From the NCBI GenBank assembly GCA_003210275.1, contig QCVU01000001.1, positions 643-64,642 of the forward strand: DNA of 64,000 nucleotides. The letters are read 5' to 3'. Under the pieces are notes generated by a model that had not been told where the DNA came from, searched no databases, and was given only the letters and a program-made list of their open reading frames with translations. How positions within the stretch are numbered: position 1 is the stretch's first letter; each line of letters opens with the position of its first letter. Below, piece by piece: positions 46,721 to 55,741 of the stretch. Origin of the DNA: Prochlorococcus sp. AG-686-M10. GTDB taxonomy: Bacteria; Cyanobacteriota; Cyanobacteriia; PCC-6307; Cyanobiaceae. Both the position numbers and the translations under genes were made by a program.

Positions 46721-46988
46721 TTTCTTTTTTTATAGAGCGATATTTTTTGATTTATGGGTATAAAAGGCAGAAATACAAAAATCTAAATGGAGTTATAAAT
46801 CCTTGAATTTACTTTTTTGCTTCAATTGATTCAGAAATCGTAACTAGATATCTATTTTGGATATATCTATTTGATTACTTTTATTAAAAATAAAAAAAGA
46901 CACACAAAGTGTTTACCTTCAAGAAATTTAAGTCTTTATAAAGGTTGTCATTTAGCACATAAATGAGAATAAAGTAATTTACTTCAAA

Positions 46989-47018
46989 TAAGTGTGTATA
47001 AGGGTGTATATGTGTGTT
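46989..47018 (+). promoter_or_regulatory. Triple 10-bp direct repeat upstream of mreB (putative RHH operator)
   Basis: TAAGTGTGTA/TAAGGGTGTA/TATGTGTGTT; a matching triplet lies on the minus strand at 50924-50953. Confidence 0.65.
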
Positions 47019-47062
47019 ACTATAAAAAGAAGTATTTAAATTTAGTAATTTTTAGTAGGTAT

Positions 47063-48115
47063 ATGTTTTGGAATAGATTTCAATTTTCTAGAGACATAGG
47101 TATTGACTTGGGTACTGCCAATACTCTTATTCATGTATCTGGGAAAGGCGTAATTCTGGAAGAACCTTCTGTAGTAGCTATGGATTTAGAAGAGGGAACT
47201 CCTTTGGCAGTAGGTGAAGAAGCAAAATTAATGCTTGGAAGAACCCCAGGAAATATAAGAGCAGTAAGACCTCTAAGGGATGGGGTTATTGCAGACTTTG
47301 ACGCAGCGGAACAAATGATAAAAACTTTTATTCAAAAATGTAATGAAGGAAAGGGTCTTTTAGCTCCAAGAATAGTTATTGGTATTCCAAGTGGCGTTAC
47401 CAGTGTTGAACGAAGAGCAGTTCGAGAAGCAGGATTAGCAGGGGCACGGGAAGTCTATTTAATCGATGAACCTGTAGCTGCCGCAATAGGAGCTTCTTTG
47501 CCAGTAACGGAACCAATTGGAACTATGATCGTTGATATTGGCGGTGGAACAACTGAAGTAGCAGTATTGAGTCTTGGAGGAACAGTTGTAAGTGAATCTC
47601 TTCGAATAGCAGGAGATGAAATAAATGAATCAATAGCTACCTATCTTAAAAAAAAGCATAATATGGTTGTTGGTGAAAGAACATCAGAAAAGATAAAAAT
47701 TAAAATAGGTTCTGCTTTCCCTGATGACAGTTTTGACAATACATCTTTTGAAGTTAAGGGATTACACTTATCTTCCGGCTTACCAAGATCTATTACCTTA
47801 ACCTCTGGAGAAATTAGAGAGGCTATGACTGATCCTCTTAGTAAAATAATTGAAGCTATAAAAAGAACTCTCGAGCGAACTCCTCCTGAATTAGCGGCAG
47901 ATATTGTTGAGAGAGGAATCATGCTCGCGGGAGGTGGAGCTCTAATAAAGGGAATTAATGATTTAGTAACTCAAGAAACTGGAATTTTTACTCACATAGC
48001 AGAAGATCCATTGTTATGCGTAGTTAATGGCTGCGGAAATGTACTTGATGATTTCAGAAGACTTAGGAGGTGTGTAGACACGGTTGATTTAGGAACTAAT
48101 TCAATAAGGACTTAA
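47063..48115 (+). CDS. mreB: Rod shape-determining actin MreB, island copy without mreC/mreD
   Basis: IGIDLGTANT, EPSVVA, RPLRDGVIADF, IDEPVAAAIG, VDIGGGTTE, LAGGGAL; likely start MFWNRF at 47063. Confidence 0.95.
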   Translation: MFWNRFQFSRDIGIDLGTANTLIHVSGKGVILEEPSVVAMDLEEGTPLAVGEEAKLMLGRTPGNIRAVRPLRDGVIADFDAAEQMIKTFIQKCNEGKGLLAPRIVIGIPSGVTSVERRAVREAGLAGAREVYLIDEPVAAAIGASLPVTEPIGTMIVDIGGGTTEVAVLSLGGTVVSESLRIAGDEINESIATYLKKKHNMVVGERTSEKIKIKIGSAFPDDSFDNTSFEVKGLHLSSGLPRSITLTSGEIREAMTDPLSKIIEAIKRTLERTPPELAADIVERGIMLAGGGALIKGINDLVTQETGIFTHIAEDPLLCVVNGCGNVLDDFRRLRRCVDTVDLGTNSIRT

Positions 48116-48216
48116 TTACTTTTCTGATGAATTTTTTACTAGTAAAAACTAGATAAAAAATCATACTTTAATAAAAAAATTCTTTCTTTTAATATCCACT
48201 GAGAAACAATTTAAAA

Positions 48217-48374
48217 ATGAATCAAGAGCAAAGAAAGAAATTACCTAATAAAAAATAATTCGCTCAGCAAAATTTGAAGCAAAAGAACAATTTACCAAAT
48301 CTGCATTAGAAAATTTAAAAAATGAAAATGAAAGAATTGTTAATTCATTAAAAGAATCTGGTGAAATCGATTAA
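48217..48374 (+). pseudogene. Possible frameshifted small ORF (MNQEQRKKLPN / KIIRSAKFEAKEQF...ESGEID*)
   Basis: Manual translation; two frames join across an A-run near 48250; family unknown. Confidence 0.25.
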
Positions 48375-48435
48375 TTAAATAAAGAACTTTCTACATGATT
48401 TATTAAAGCCTAAACGAAGAAAAATTTAAGATTTA

Positions 48436-48792
48436 TTATTTTTCTAATAAATAAAATTTCTCTTCACCAACTTTGTCTGGTTTCACTATTTTACAACCTT
48501 TATCTTTTTCTAAATCGCAATCTTTCGAGGCAGCAACTGTTTTCCATGAACAAACTTTTTCTTCTGAGTATTCTTGTTTAATCGTCCACCCATCGTTGAT
48601 ATACTTTTCGAGATTACTATTTTCTCCACATGAAACTGTAATTTCAATACTATTTTCTTTTTTAATACTTTCTTCTGATGATTGTATTCCAAAACTGTTT
48701 TTAATTTCAGTCGCTTTTTTCTCCAATATTTTGCAACCGCCAACTAGAAATAGGATCATAAATATATAAAGTAATTTTTTATATTCTTTCAT
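48436..48792 (-). CDS. Predicted lipoprotein with Cys-rich C-terminal domain
   Basis: Lipobox-like LVGGC; C...GW...CSWK...C...GC; start overlaps the murA stop. Confidence 0.75.
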   Translation of the reverse strand: MKEYKKLLYIFMILFLVGGCKILEKKATEIKNSFGIQSSEESIKKENSIEITVSCGENSNLEKYINDGWTIKQEYSEEKVCSWKTVAASKDCDLEKDKGCKIVKPDKVGEEKFYLLEK

Positions 48793-50414
48793 TTATCTAT
48801 CATGCAAGTATTAAATTTTCTATTCGCTGTTTCTGTAAAGCCAAGATCCAAAAACTTTATGTAGTCACTATTTTTGTCCTTACATATTTTTTCTTTGTTT
48901 TCAATTTGTATTTTTCTCTGTTCTTGAATTAATATTTGATTTCTGAAGTTCTCGATAAATTTATAAATATATGGAATAGTTGCTATGAAGAATCCAATAA
49001 AAAATGAAAAAGCAAATGCCGAAGTATATTTTTTAGAGTTATTTTTAAGACTAATTTTTGCAAAATAATTATTTAGTTTAAACATAATTTTAATTTTTTT
49101 TTTAATTACTATCGCTGCTCCAATTTCTTGTAATTTTGTAGAGAAATTTTCGTATCCTCTTTCTAAATGCTCTACCCCTTCAATCAAAGTTTTCCCATCT
49201 GCTGAAAGTCCTGCAAGAGCCAATGCTGCCGAAGCCCTTAAATCAGATCCTAGAATTACACTTCCTTTTAAGTTTTCAACCCCGACTACTGTTGCAATAT
49301 TATCTTTTAAAGTAATGTTTGCCCCCATACGATTTAGCTCTTTAACATGATGCATTCTATTTTCAAATACTGTTTCTTTAATTTTTGAAATACCATTTGC
49401 TGTTGCCATTAAAGCCATAAAAGGTGCCTGTAGATCAGTTGGGAAACCAGGAAATGGACTTGTCGTCATATCAACTGAATTTAAAATTTGATTGGGAATG
49501 ATTTTTAAACAAAAATCTGAATATTCGAACTTGCAGCCACAAAGTTCTAGTTTGTTAATTACTGCTTTTAAGTGATTTGGTTCGCATGGGAAAAGACTAA
49601 TTGTTGATCTTGTTATTGCCGCAGCAAGTAAAAAAGTACCTGCTTCAATTCTGTCAGGTATTACTGTGTAATCGCATCCTTTTAGGGATTCAACTCCTTC
49701 AATTGTTATACATTCAGATCCCGCACCTTTTATTCGTGCACCCATTAGATTCAACATGTTTGCTAAATCTACAATTTCTGGCTCCTCTGCTGCGTTGTTT
49801 AATATAGTTTTCCCTTTAGCTAAAGATGCTGCCATTAATAAAGTCTCAGTGGCACCTACACTTTTGCATTTAAAATTGATTGATGATCCCAACAATCTTT
49901 TTTTGGGATTAATTACTTTAGCTATTAAATAATTATTTCGGTATTGAAATACAACTCCTAATTTTTTCAGTGAATTTATATGTTCATCGATTGGTCTGGA
50001 TCCTATCGAACATCCTCCCGGTAAAGGTATCTTAGCTGTTCCAAATCTTGCAAGGATTGGACCAATACAAAAGAAACTCACTCTAAGGGCATGATATAAA
50101 TCAAAAAATAAATCTTGAGGTGGAATGATAATTTCTTTAGTATTTATTGTTAATTGATTTGTATTCGATTTTATATTTATACCCATTGCAATTAATAATT
50201 TAGACATAATTGCAACATCTGTAATTTGAGGAACATTAAAAAGATTTATTTCGCCTTTAGAAAGAATTGACGCTGCCATTAGGACTAGAGCAGAATTTTT
50301 AGCACCACTAATTTTTAAATGTCCTTCAAGGGGGTTGCCTCCTTTTACTTCGATATAGTTTTTGAAAAAGTAATCGACTCTAGGGGGTTGAAGAGTTTTA
50401 TTTTGTATTTTCAT
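48789..50414 (-). CDS. murA: UDP-N-acetylglucosamine 1-carboxyvinyltransferase MurA (island copy) with ~100-aa C-terminal membrane-anchored extension
   Basis: SGAKNSAL, LPGGCSIGSRP (catalytic Cys), SVGATE, PDRIEAGT, PFPGFPTDLQ, DLRASAAL, HLERGYE; then a hydrophobic helix AFAFSFFIGFFIATIPYIY. Confidence 0.93.
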   Translation of the reverse strand: MKIQNKTLQPPRVDYFFKNYIEVKGGNPLEGHLKISGAKNSALVLMAASILSKGEINLFNVPQITDVAIMSKLLIAMGINIKSNTNQLTINTKEIIIPPQDLFFDLYHALRVSFFCIGPILARFGTAKIPLPGGCSIGSRPIDEHINSLKKLGVVFQYRNNYLIAKVINPKKRLLGSSINFKCKSVGATETLLMAASLAKGKTILNNAAEEPEIVDLANMLNLMGARIKGAGSECITIEGVESLKGCDYTVIPDRIEAGTFLLAAAITRSTISLFPCEPNHLKAVINKLELCGCKFEYSDFCLKIIPNQILNSVDMTTSPFPGFPTDLQAPFMALMATANGISKIKETVFENRMHHVKELNRMGANITLKDNIATVVGVENLKGSVILGSDLRASAALALAGLSADGKTLIEGVEHLERGYENFSTKLQEIGAAIVIKKKIKIMFKLNNYFAKISLKNNSKKYTSAFAFSFFIGFFIATIPYIYKFIENFRNQILIQEQRKIQIENKEKICKDKNSDYIKFLDLGFTETANRKFNTCMIDK

Positions 50415-50417
50415 AAA

Positions 50418-50681
50418 TTAAAAGTCTTCACGGTTTGTCATTGATGAAGAACAATATCGTTTTTGAGAAGCTAAATCCCCGATTTCCCAGCAACTTTTTA
50501 TTTCAACATTATTTTCAGGAGATGAAAACTTTATTATTAATGGTGATTGATTTGTATTAGTTAAATCGAAGGCATTAACACTTTTGTTCCTACCGAGAGA
50601 TGAAGCTTCCGGTTTTGTTTGTTCTAAAAAAGCTAAAGGAAGAAAAAATAGAAGCGTTGTTAATACAGTTTTCTTATTCAT
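50418..50681 (-). CDS. Small exported hypothetical protein, first gene of the murA operon
   Basis: Signal-peptide-like N-terminus, Cys pair; ends 3 nt before the murA start. Confidence 0.6.
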   Translation of the reverse strand: MNKKTVLTTLLFFLPLAFLEQTKPEASSLGRNKSVNAFDLTNTNQSPLIIKFSSPENNVEIKSCWEIGDLASQKRYCSSSMTNREDF

Positions 50682-50923
50682 TTTTAATTACTTTGAATAA
50701 TTCATTTTCAAAATGATTCATTATTTCTGATGTCTCAAAAATAAAGATTTTAAGATTTGATCAGTCCAAGTATTAATAGATTGCTTTTTAAGAAAGCATT
50801 ACTTTCTAAGGTTTTTAACTGAGCAAATAATTGTTCCACTGAAGAATTAAATAAATGCTAAAAAAAACCTTTGACTGTTGTGATCCCCATCACCACTGCC
50901 TCGCAGATGTGTCTCTTAATAGT

Positions 50924-50953
50924 TACACACTTATACATACTATAACACACTTT
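50924..50953 (-). promoter_or_regulatory. Triple 10-bp direct repeat between the murA operon and the RHH gene
   Basis: Minus strand AAAGTGTGTT/ATAGTATGTA/TAAGTGTGTA; same motif as upstream of mreB; single extra copy CAAGTGTGTA at 51060-51069. Confidence 0.65.
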
Positions 50954-51099
50954 GAATATTTGTTTGTTATTTGGATATCATGATATAACCTATAAATAAC
51001 AATAAACATTTAAAGTTAATTTGCCGGATTAGTATTAATATATACTATTTGTTATACTACAAGTGTGTATCGTAATCTTTAATTTAGGTTAATCTACTA

Positions 51100-51591
51100 A
51101 TGCCTACTAAGCTTGATAGGGTACAGGTTCTTTTTCAGAAAGAGTTATTTAAAAAGCTTAAGATAATTGCAAAAATTGAGCGCAGATCGTTATCTAGTAT
51201 GGTTGGAAGCATAGTAGAAGATGCAATAAATTCTAAAAAATATCAATCTCTTTTATCGAAGGCAAAGTCAGATGATTTAAAATCAAAAATTGATAAAAGT
51301 AAACTATTAATTAATGAAATTTTAAAATCTAAGAGTTCAAATCAATCAGATATTGATGAAAATTCTAAATTAAAACAAATTGAAGATATACTTTCATTAA
51401 TATCAGAATCCAATAAAGAATCATTAGAGGAACCAATAGAAGAATCAGTGGGAAAAGATTTATTATTAGTAGAAGAAGCTTTGAAACCAGACGGTTTAAT
51501 TGAAGAATTAGAATTGGAAACAGATTATAAGATTAATAAAATGAATGTAATGCTCAGTAAAATCAATAAAAATAAGGATTTAAATGTTTAA
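51100..51591 (+). CDS. Ribbon-helix-helix (CopG/Arc-like) DNA-binding protein with charged helical tail
   Basis: RVQVLF beta-strand followed by KELFKKLKIIAKIERRSLSSMVGSIVEDAI helix-helix pattern. Confidence 0.75.
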   Translation: MPTKLDRVQVLFQKELFKKLKIIAKIERRSLSSMVGSIVEDAINSKKYQSLLSKAKSDDLKSKIDKSKLLINEILKSKSSNQSDIDENSKLKQIEDILSLISESNKESLEEPIEESVGKDLLLVEEALKPDGLIEELELETDYKINKMNVMLSKINKNKDLNV

Positions 51592-51610
51592 ATCACGTGA
51601 GTAAAAAGTT

Positions 51611-51808
51611 ATGTGGATAGGAGTTTGCTTATTTGGATGGTTAAGTTTATATATTTTAGGCTTTTTTATGGACACTATTTCTCGCCGAAACTATATTGCA
51701 TTTTTAGAAAAAAATTTACTTAAAGCATCAAGATTTTTCCCTTTTGGTAAATACACTATAAGAAAGTTCTTAAAAATAGGATTAAATTCGACACTAAGAG
51801 ATAAATAA
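51611..51808 (+). CDS. Small membrane protein
   Basis: N-terminal TM helix; TAATG stop/start overlap with the next gene. Confidence 0.5.
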   Translation: MWIGVCLFGWLSLYILGFFMDTISRRNYIAFLEKNLLKASRFFPFGKYTIRKFLKIGLNSTLRDK

Positions 51809-52122
51809 TGAATAAATTTGAAAAAATGGAAAAGAGAATGTATGAGTGGCAGAGCGGAATAAGAATTCTCTATAAAGATATCCAAACAATCCGTAACTGG
51901 ACGGATGAGCAGGTTTGGAAAGAACTTGAAAATGAGATAAAAAGAATTACTCCTGAGGGTCAATTTGGCGAGGACGACTTGGCTTGGACCAGAGAAATTC
52001 TTACATCAAAAAGAGATGTTACTTTATGGGAAGCGGTAAGACTTACTATTAGATTTAAACATTCAACGCCTCTGTTAGATGCTCTTGGTAATCTTAGAGC
52101 TCGAGATAAATCTGGAACTTAA
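51808..52122 (+). CDS. Hypothetical protein, paralogue A
   Basis: Aligns along its length with 52187-52495. Confidence 0.75.
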   Translation: MNKFEKMEKRMYEWQSGIRILYKDIQTIRNWTDEQVWKELENEIKRITPEGQFGEDDLAWTREILTSKRDVTLWEAVRLTIRFKHSTPLLDALGNLRARDKSGT

Positions 52123-52186
52123 ATATCTATTATGTTTTTTTATAAGCAAATAGAAAATAAGTTTTTTTCAAGAATTTATTTATAGT

Positions 52187-52495
52187 TTGACTAAATTTAT
52201 AGATACATCTGGTTTTGATAATGTCGAACAAGTCAGAAAATGGTATCTAGGTATTCAATCAACTTTTAAGCAAATACAGCAACAAAATAATTATGATAAA
52301 AAACAAGCTTGGGATAAATTAAAAATAGAATTACTTAAATCAGTTGCAAAAGAAGATTTTGTACAGAATGATCTTGAATGGGTTGAAGATCTCCTTCTTC
52401 ATGAAATAATTCCAACTACTGAAGAAGCCTGTAGATTTGAAAAAAAATATCCTAATCAAACTCCTTTAATTGATGCGCTTGCCAAAATCTTCTAA
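52187..52495 (+). CDS. Hypothetical protein, paralogue B
   Basis: Aligns along its length with 51808-52122. Confidence 0.75.
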   Translation: MTKFIDTSGFDNVEQVRKWYLGIQSTFKQIQQQNNYDKKQAWDKLKIELLKSVAKEDFVQNDLEWVEDLLLHEIIPTTEEACRFEKKYPNQTPLIDALAKIF

Positions 52496-52507
52496 TTTAT
52501 TTTTGAT

Positions 52508-53446
52508 TTAAATAACACTTACCCCTGTAAACGTTTTGATATTATCTATAGTTTTTTTTGGAGTTTTTATAAGATCTTCATATGTAACTTCTATTAAATT
52601 GTCCTTAGGAATAAGATTTTTGATTATTTGCCATTTATCTAATATGAAGGATCTAGTAAACTTTGCATCTTTCTCTGCGTTCCCAAGATATGGAATAAAA
52701 CCAAATTCTTTATTAAATGATTTGATAGATTTTTCTATACTTTTCACATGATCGTATTTACGTTCAATGTAAATAAATTTTGAGTTGGGAAATAACTCAA
52801 TTAATAAGTCAACTCTCGTTGTAAATGCTGGAGCTTTATTGATAAAAACTTTTCCAGGTAAACCATCATGAATCCATGCCCATTCAAGAAGTAATTTTAA
52901 TTTTTTTTTGAAATCTAATGTAGCTTTCCATTTGTACCATCTTTCTAAATCCTTAGATAATGACTTTCCAAGACCAATTGATGTTGGAGGATGTTCGCAA
53001 CTTAATCTCATTAATGCAATATCTAACTCTTGAGGTCCCTCTGCTAATAATGGGACCCAATCAAAAAATCTATTTTTATAAGATGGTATAAATTTGCGAA
53101 AAAGTTCTTTAAATATTAAGGCTGCCTGAGGGCAACATGAAAACGTATTTTTTATTGTAGCTGCTTTAGTAGCTTTAACTATTTCTGTGTGGAGGTATGT
53201 TGTTCCACTTCTCCATGCACCTATAATAAAAATTGGATCAGGCATATTCTTTGGCTTCTTGTAAAGAATTTTTTGCAACCAATAAAGAGGTTCAGCCAAC
53301 CAACCGAGTACAATATTCTGGAATAAATAAAAAGAAATAATAGGAAATCTATTAGCTTTTTTTAACAACTCAAACTGAACAGAAGGTCTTAAGCATCCAA
53401 TAATAATTAAGCGTGGATTGAAAAACAATAATCTATTTATATCCAA
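52508..53446 (-). CDS. Sulfotransferase (Stf3/Sulfotransfer_3-like)
   Basis: PAPS-binding PIFIIGAWRSGTTYLH; K.P...R, FPNSKFIYIER, VTYEDL. Confidence 0.85.
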   Translation of the reverse strand: MDINRLLFFNPRLIIIGCLRPSVQFELLKKANRFPIISFYLFQNIVLGWLAEPLYWLQKILYKKPKNMPDPIFIIGAWRSGTTYLHTEIVKATKAATIKNTFSCCPQAALIFKELFRKFIPSYKNRFFDWVPLLAEGPQELDIALMRLSCEHPPTSIGLGKSLSKDLERWYKWKATLDFKKKLKLLLEWAWIHDGLPGKVFINKAPAFTTRVDLLIELFPNSKFIYIERKYDHVKSIEKSIKSFNKEFGFIPYLGNAEKDAKFTRSFILDKWQIIKNLIPKDNLIEVTYEDLIKTPKKTIDNIKTFTGVSVI

Positions 53447-53578
53447 AATAAAGATTATCTATGGAACTTTCGATAAGTCAATCAGTACTTATTGCTTTTG
53501 TAAGATACTCAAAATAATCTTTACACCTCTATGAAAGTAAAGTAATAAATTGTTTTTCTTATGGTTCGCTGCCTACTA

Positions 53579-53611
53579 GGTTTCACGTGGGTTTCACGTG
53601 GGTTTCACGTG
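53579..53611 (+). repeat. Three perfect tandem GGTTTCACGTG 11-mers, cassette 1 right end
   Basis: Read directly. Confidence 0.92.
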
Positions 53612-53678
53612 GCGGAATACGTGTTATAATATGTTCAGACCCATTGATATAACTGTCTTTTTTATTAACCTTTTTGGA

Positions 53679-53699
53679 GGGACTATTGAGTGGGAATAA
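53679..53699 (+). repeat. att-like core copy 2 GGGACTATTGAGTGGGAATAA
   Basis: 19/21 identical to the guaA end; still reads GTIEWE*. Confidence 0.9.
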
Positions 53700-53935
53700 A
53701 CGGATTTTAAGAACCCAGTTATAACTTCAATTTATCGGTTTATAACACACACAATCTCAAATTCTAAATACCTGATACCAAGGGTTTTCAGATGCCAGTT
53801 TGTCACGGGTTTGTCACGAACCTAATTGACCGTCTCTTAAGAGAAATCGTATAAAGTCTGTTTTCTCTACAGTTAGTATATTGATAAGAATTAAATTTTG
53901 ATATGAAAAAACGAACTGCTTGTGTTGAATATTTC

Positions 53936-55522
53936 TCAAAGTAAGTCTCTATATTTTGCAGTTTGAGTAAGCATTTTTATAGAGGGTTGCAGTATTTGTT
54001 TATAATTCTTCCATCCTCTAATTGATTTTGAATTTATAGGGGAACGAATTTGAATATCACTCGCTGTATATACTGCTCTATCATTTAAATGAGGTGATAA
54101 ATAAGATTCATTCCATTCCCATCCCAACCAATTAATTAATGATTTAATCTCTTTGTCTGGATTTGTCACAAGCAAGTCATAATTTAAATCATAAATCTTT
54201 TGTGGAAATTGATCTTTATAGATGCTTATTATTTTTTCTTGGTCTAAATAAACTTTTGTGGAATCAATTAATGAAGAAGAATAGTAGTTTCCTGCGTCAA
54301 AATTTGCTCGATGAATTGAAAGAATATTATCTAAAGGATTTCTAAAACAATGAATTATCTTAGAATTTAAGATCTCCTTAGCAATAATTCCTGCGTATTG
54401 ATAGTTATACAACCATTTATTAGATGTAATGCTAAATCCTTTTGTAATTTGATTTATTTCTTGTATGTATAGGTCTGTAAGACTAATTATTTGATTTAAA
54501 TTTCTACTTTTTTTAAATGCTTTTTCCAAGATATTTATCTCTCCTAAGTCTTTGATTTTGTTATTCAAACTAAGAATAGATTCAACTAAAGTAGAACCAC
54601 TTCTTGGCATTCCCACAATAAAAATACTTTGTGGATAAGAGGATTTTTTATTATTAATTTCCCCCCTTTTTTCTGATTCCATAAGTAAGAAATTTGATCT
54701 TTTGATAACCAGATTGCAATCAGATGGGTTTCTTGCAAGTTTTAATTTATTTGCAATTTGGAGATTTTCAGAACTTTTTTGATATTTTTTTTCTTTATGA
54801 AGAATATTTGATCTTGCAAAATAGATATCTACTTTTTCTTTTTCAGTTTTGTTTTTTAAAAATTTTTCAGAAAAAAGATAATCACACCATTTTTTGTCAG
54901 AACTTTCATATTTCAGTCTTGAAAGTGAATAATATGGTCTGACAAATTCAGGATTAATTTCAATCGTTTTGATAAGTAATATTTTTGCTTCTTTTACCCT
55001 TCCAATAGTTTTTAACATATTTCCTAAATTTGCATATCCAATTATTGAATTAGGATCTATTTCGATTCCCCTTCTAAGAGATATTTCTGCATCTTTAAAT
55101 TTTTTTAATTCTCTTAAAACATTTCCAAGATTAGAGTAAGCATTTGCGGACTCTGGGTTAAGTTCAATTGATTTTCTAAGAGATAATTCTGCTTCGCTTA
55201 ATTTACCAAGATCTTTTTGTATAGTGCCCATATTATTATGCGCTTCGGACCAATTTGGATTCAGTTGAATTGTTTTTTTGAGCAATATTTCTGCTTCTCT
55301 TAGTTTGCCTTTGTTTTTTAAAATGAGACCATAGTTTGAATAAATTCTATAGTCATTTATTTTTTGTTCAATACAGTATCTATAGTATTTTTCTGCTTCT
55401 AAAATATTTCCTTGTGAATGTAATAAAAATGCTTTGTTGATAAATTGTGCTTTAAAATTGTCAGTTTTTACACCTTTTTTAATCTTTTTTTCAGATTTTT
55501 TATTATTCCCAAAACCTGTCAT
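53936..55522 (-). CDS. TPR-repeat sulfotransferase
   Basis: MTGFG N-terminus, several TPRs (AHNNMG, AYSNLG), IFIVGMPRSGSTLVE, RNPLDN, TASDIQIRSPI. Confidence 0.9.
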   Translation of the reverse strand: MTGFGNNKKSEKKIKKGVKTDNFKAQFINKAFLLHSQGNILEAEKYYRYCIEQKINDYRIYSNYGLILKNKGKLREAEILLKKTIQLNPNWSEAHNNMGTIQKDLGKLSEAELSLRKSIELNPESANAYSNLGNVLRELKKFKDAEISLRRGIEIDPNSIIGYANLGNMLKTIGRVKEAKILLIKTIEINPEFVRPYYSLSRLKYESSDKKWCDYLFSEKFLKNKTEKEKVDIYFARSNILHKEKKYQKSSENLQIANKLKLARNPSDCNLVIKRSNFLLMESEKRGEINNKKSSYPQSIFIVGMPRSGSTLVESILSLNNKIKDLGEINILEKAFKKSRNLNQIISLTDLYIQEINQITKGFSITSNKWLYNYQYAGIIAKEILNSKIIHCFRNPLDNILSIHRANFDAGNYYSSSLIDSTKVYLDQEKIISIYKDQFPQKIYDLNYDLLVTNPDKEIKSLINWLGWEWNESYLSPHLNDRAVYTASDIQIRSPINSKSIRGWKNYKQILQPSIKMLTQTAKYRDLL

Positions 55523-55741
55523 AAAAAATTCCTTTGAAGTTATTATATATTTTTTATTTTTTAAAAAAAATAGGTTATATAAATTGCTTTTTATTACGAA
55601 TGAATTCTCTACAACTAGATCATAAAATTATAGAGAAAAGTATAAAGAATGGAAGTCTTTGGTTTGTCACGGGTTTGTCACGTGAATTACCCTTTTGAAG
55701 AAGTCAATGATACCAACGACTTTGAAGTATCAAAATTGGGT

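Larger units (their letters stand above)
46546..53699. mobile_element. guaA-integrated cassette 1 (no integrase): mreB, lipoprotein, murA fusion, RHH regulator, paralogue pair, sulfotransferase
   Basis: Bounded by guaA-end direct repeats; GGTTTCACGTG-type 11-mers at both ends. Confidence 0.8.

Noticed and set aside
46994-47062. N-terminal extension of MreB in the ORF track
   Set aside because: The GTG lies within the operator-like repeats; the MreB-like start with an RBS-like AGGT is at 47063.
51593-51600. Isolated TCACGTGA resembling the cassette 1 arm motif
   Set aside because: Single copy with no tandem partner or core nearby; likely chance.
51691-51963. 90-aa minus-strand ORF
   Set aside because: Overlaps two better-supported plus-strand genes.
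53579-53611. Tandem 11-bp repeats read as a CRISPR array
   Set aside because: No spacers, units too short, no cas operon; they fit arm-type recombination sites.
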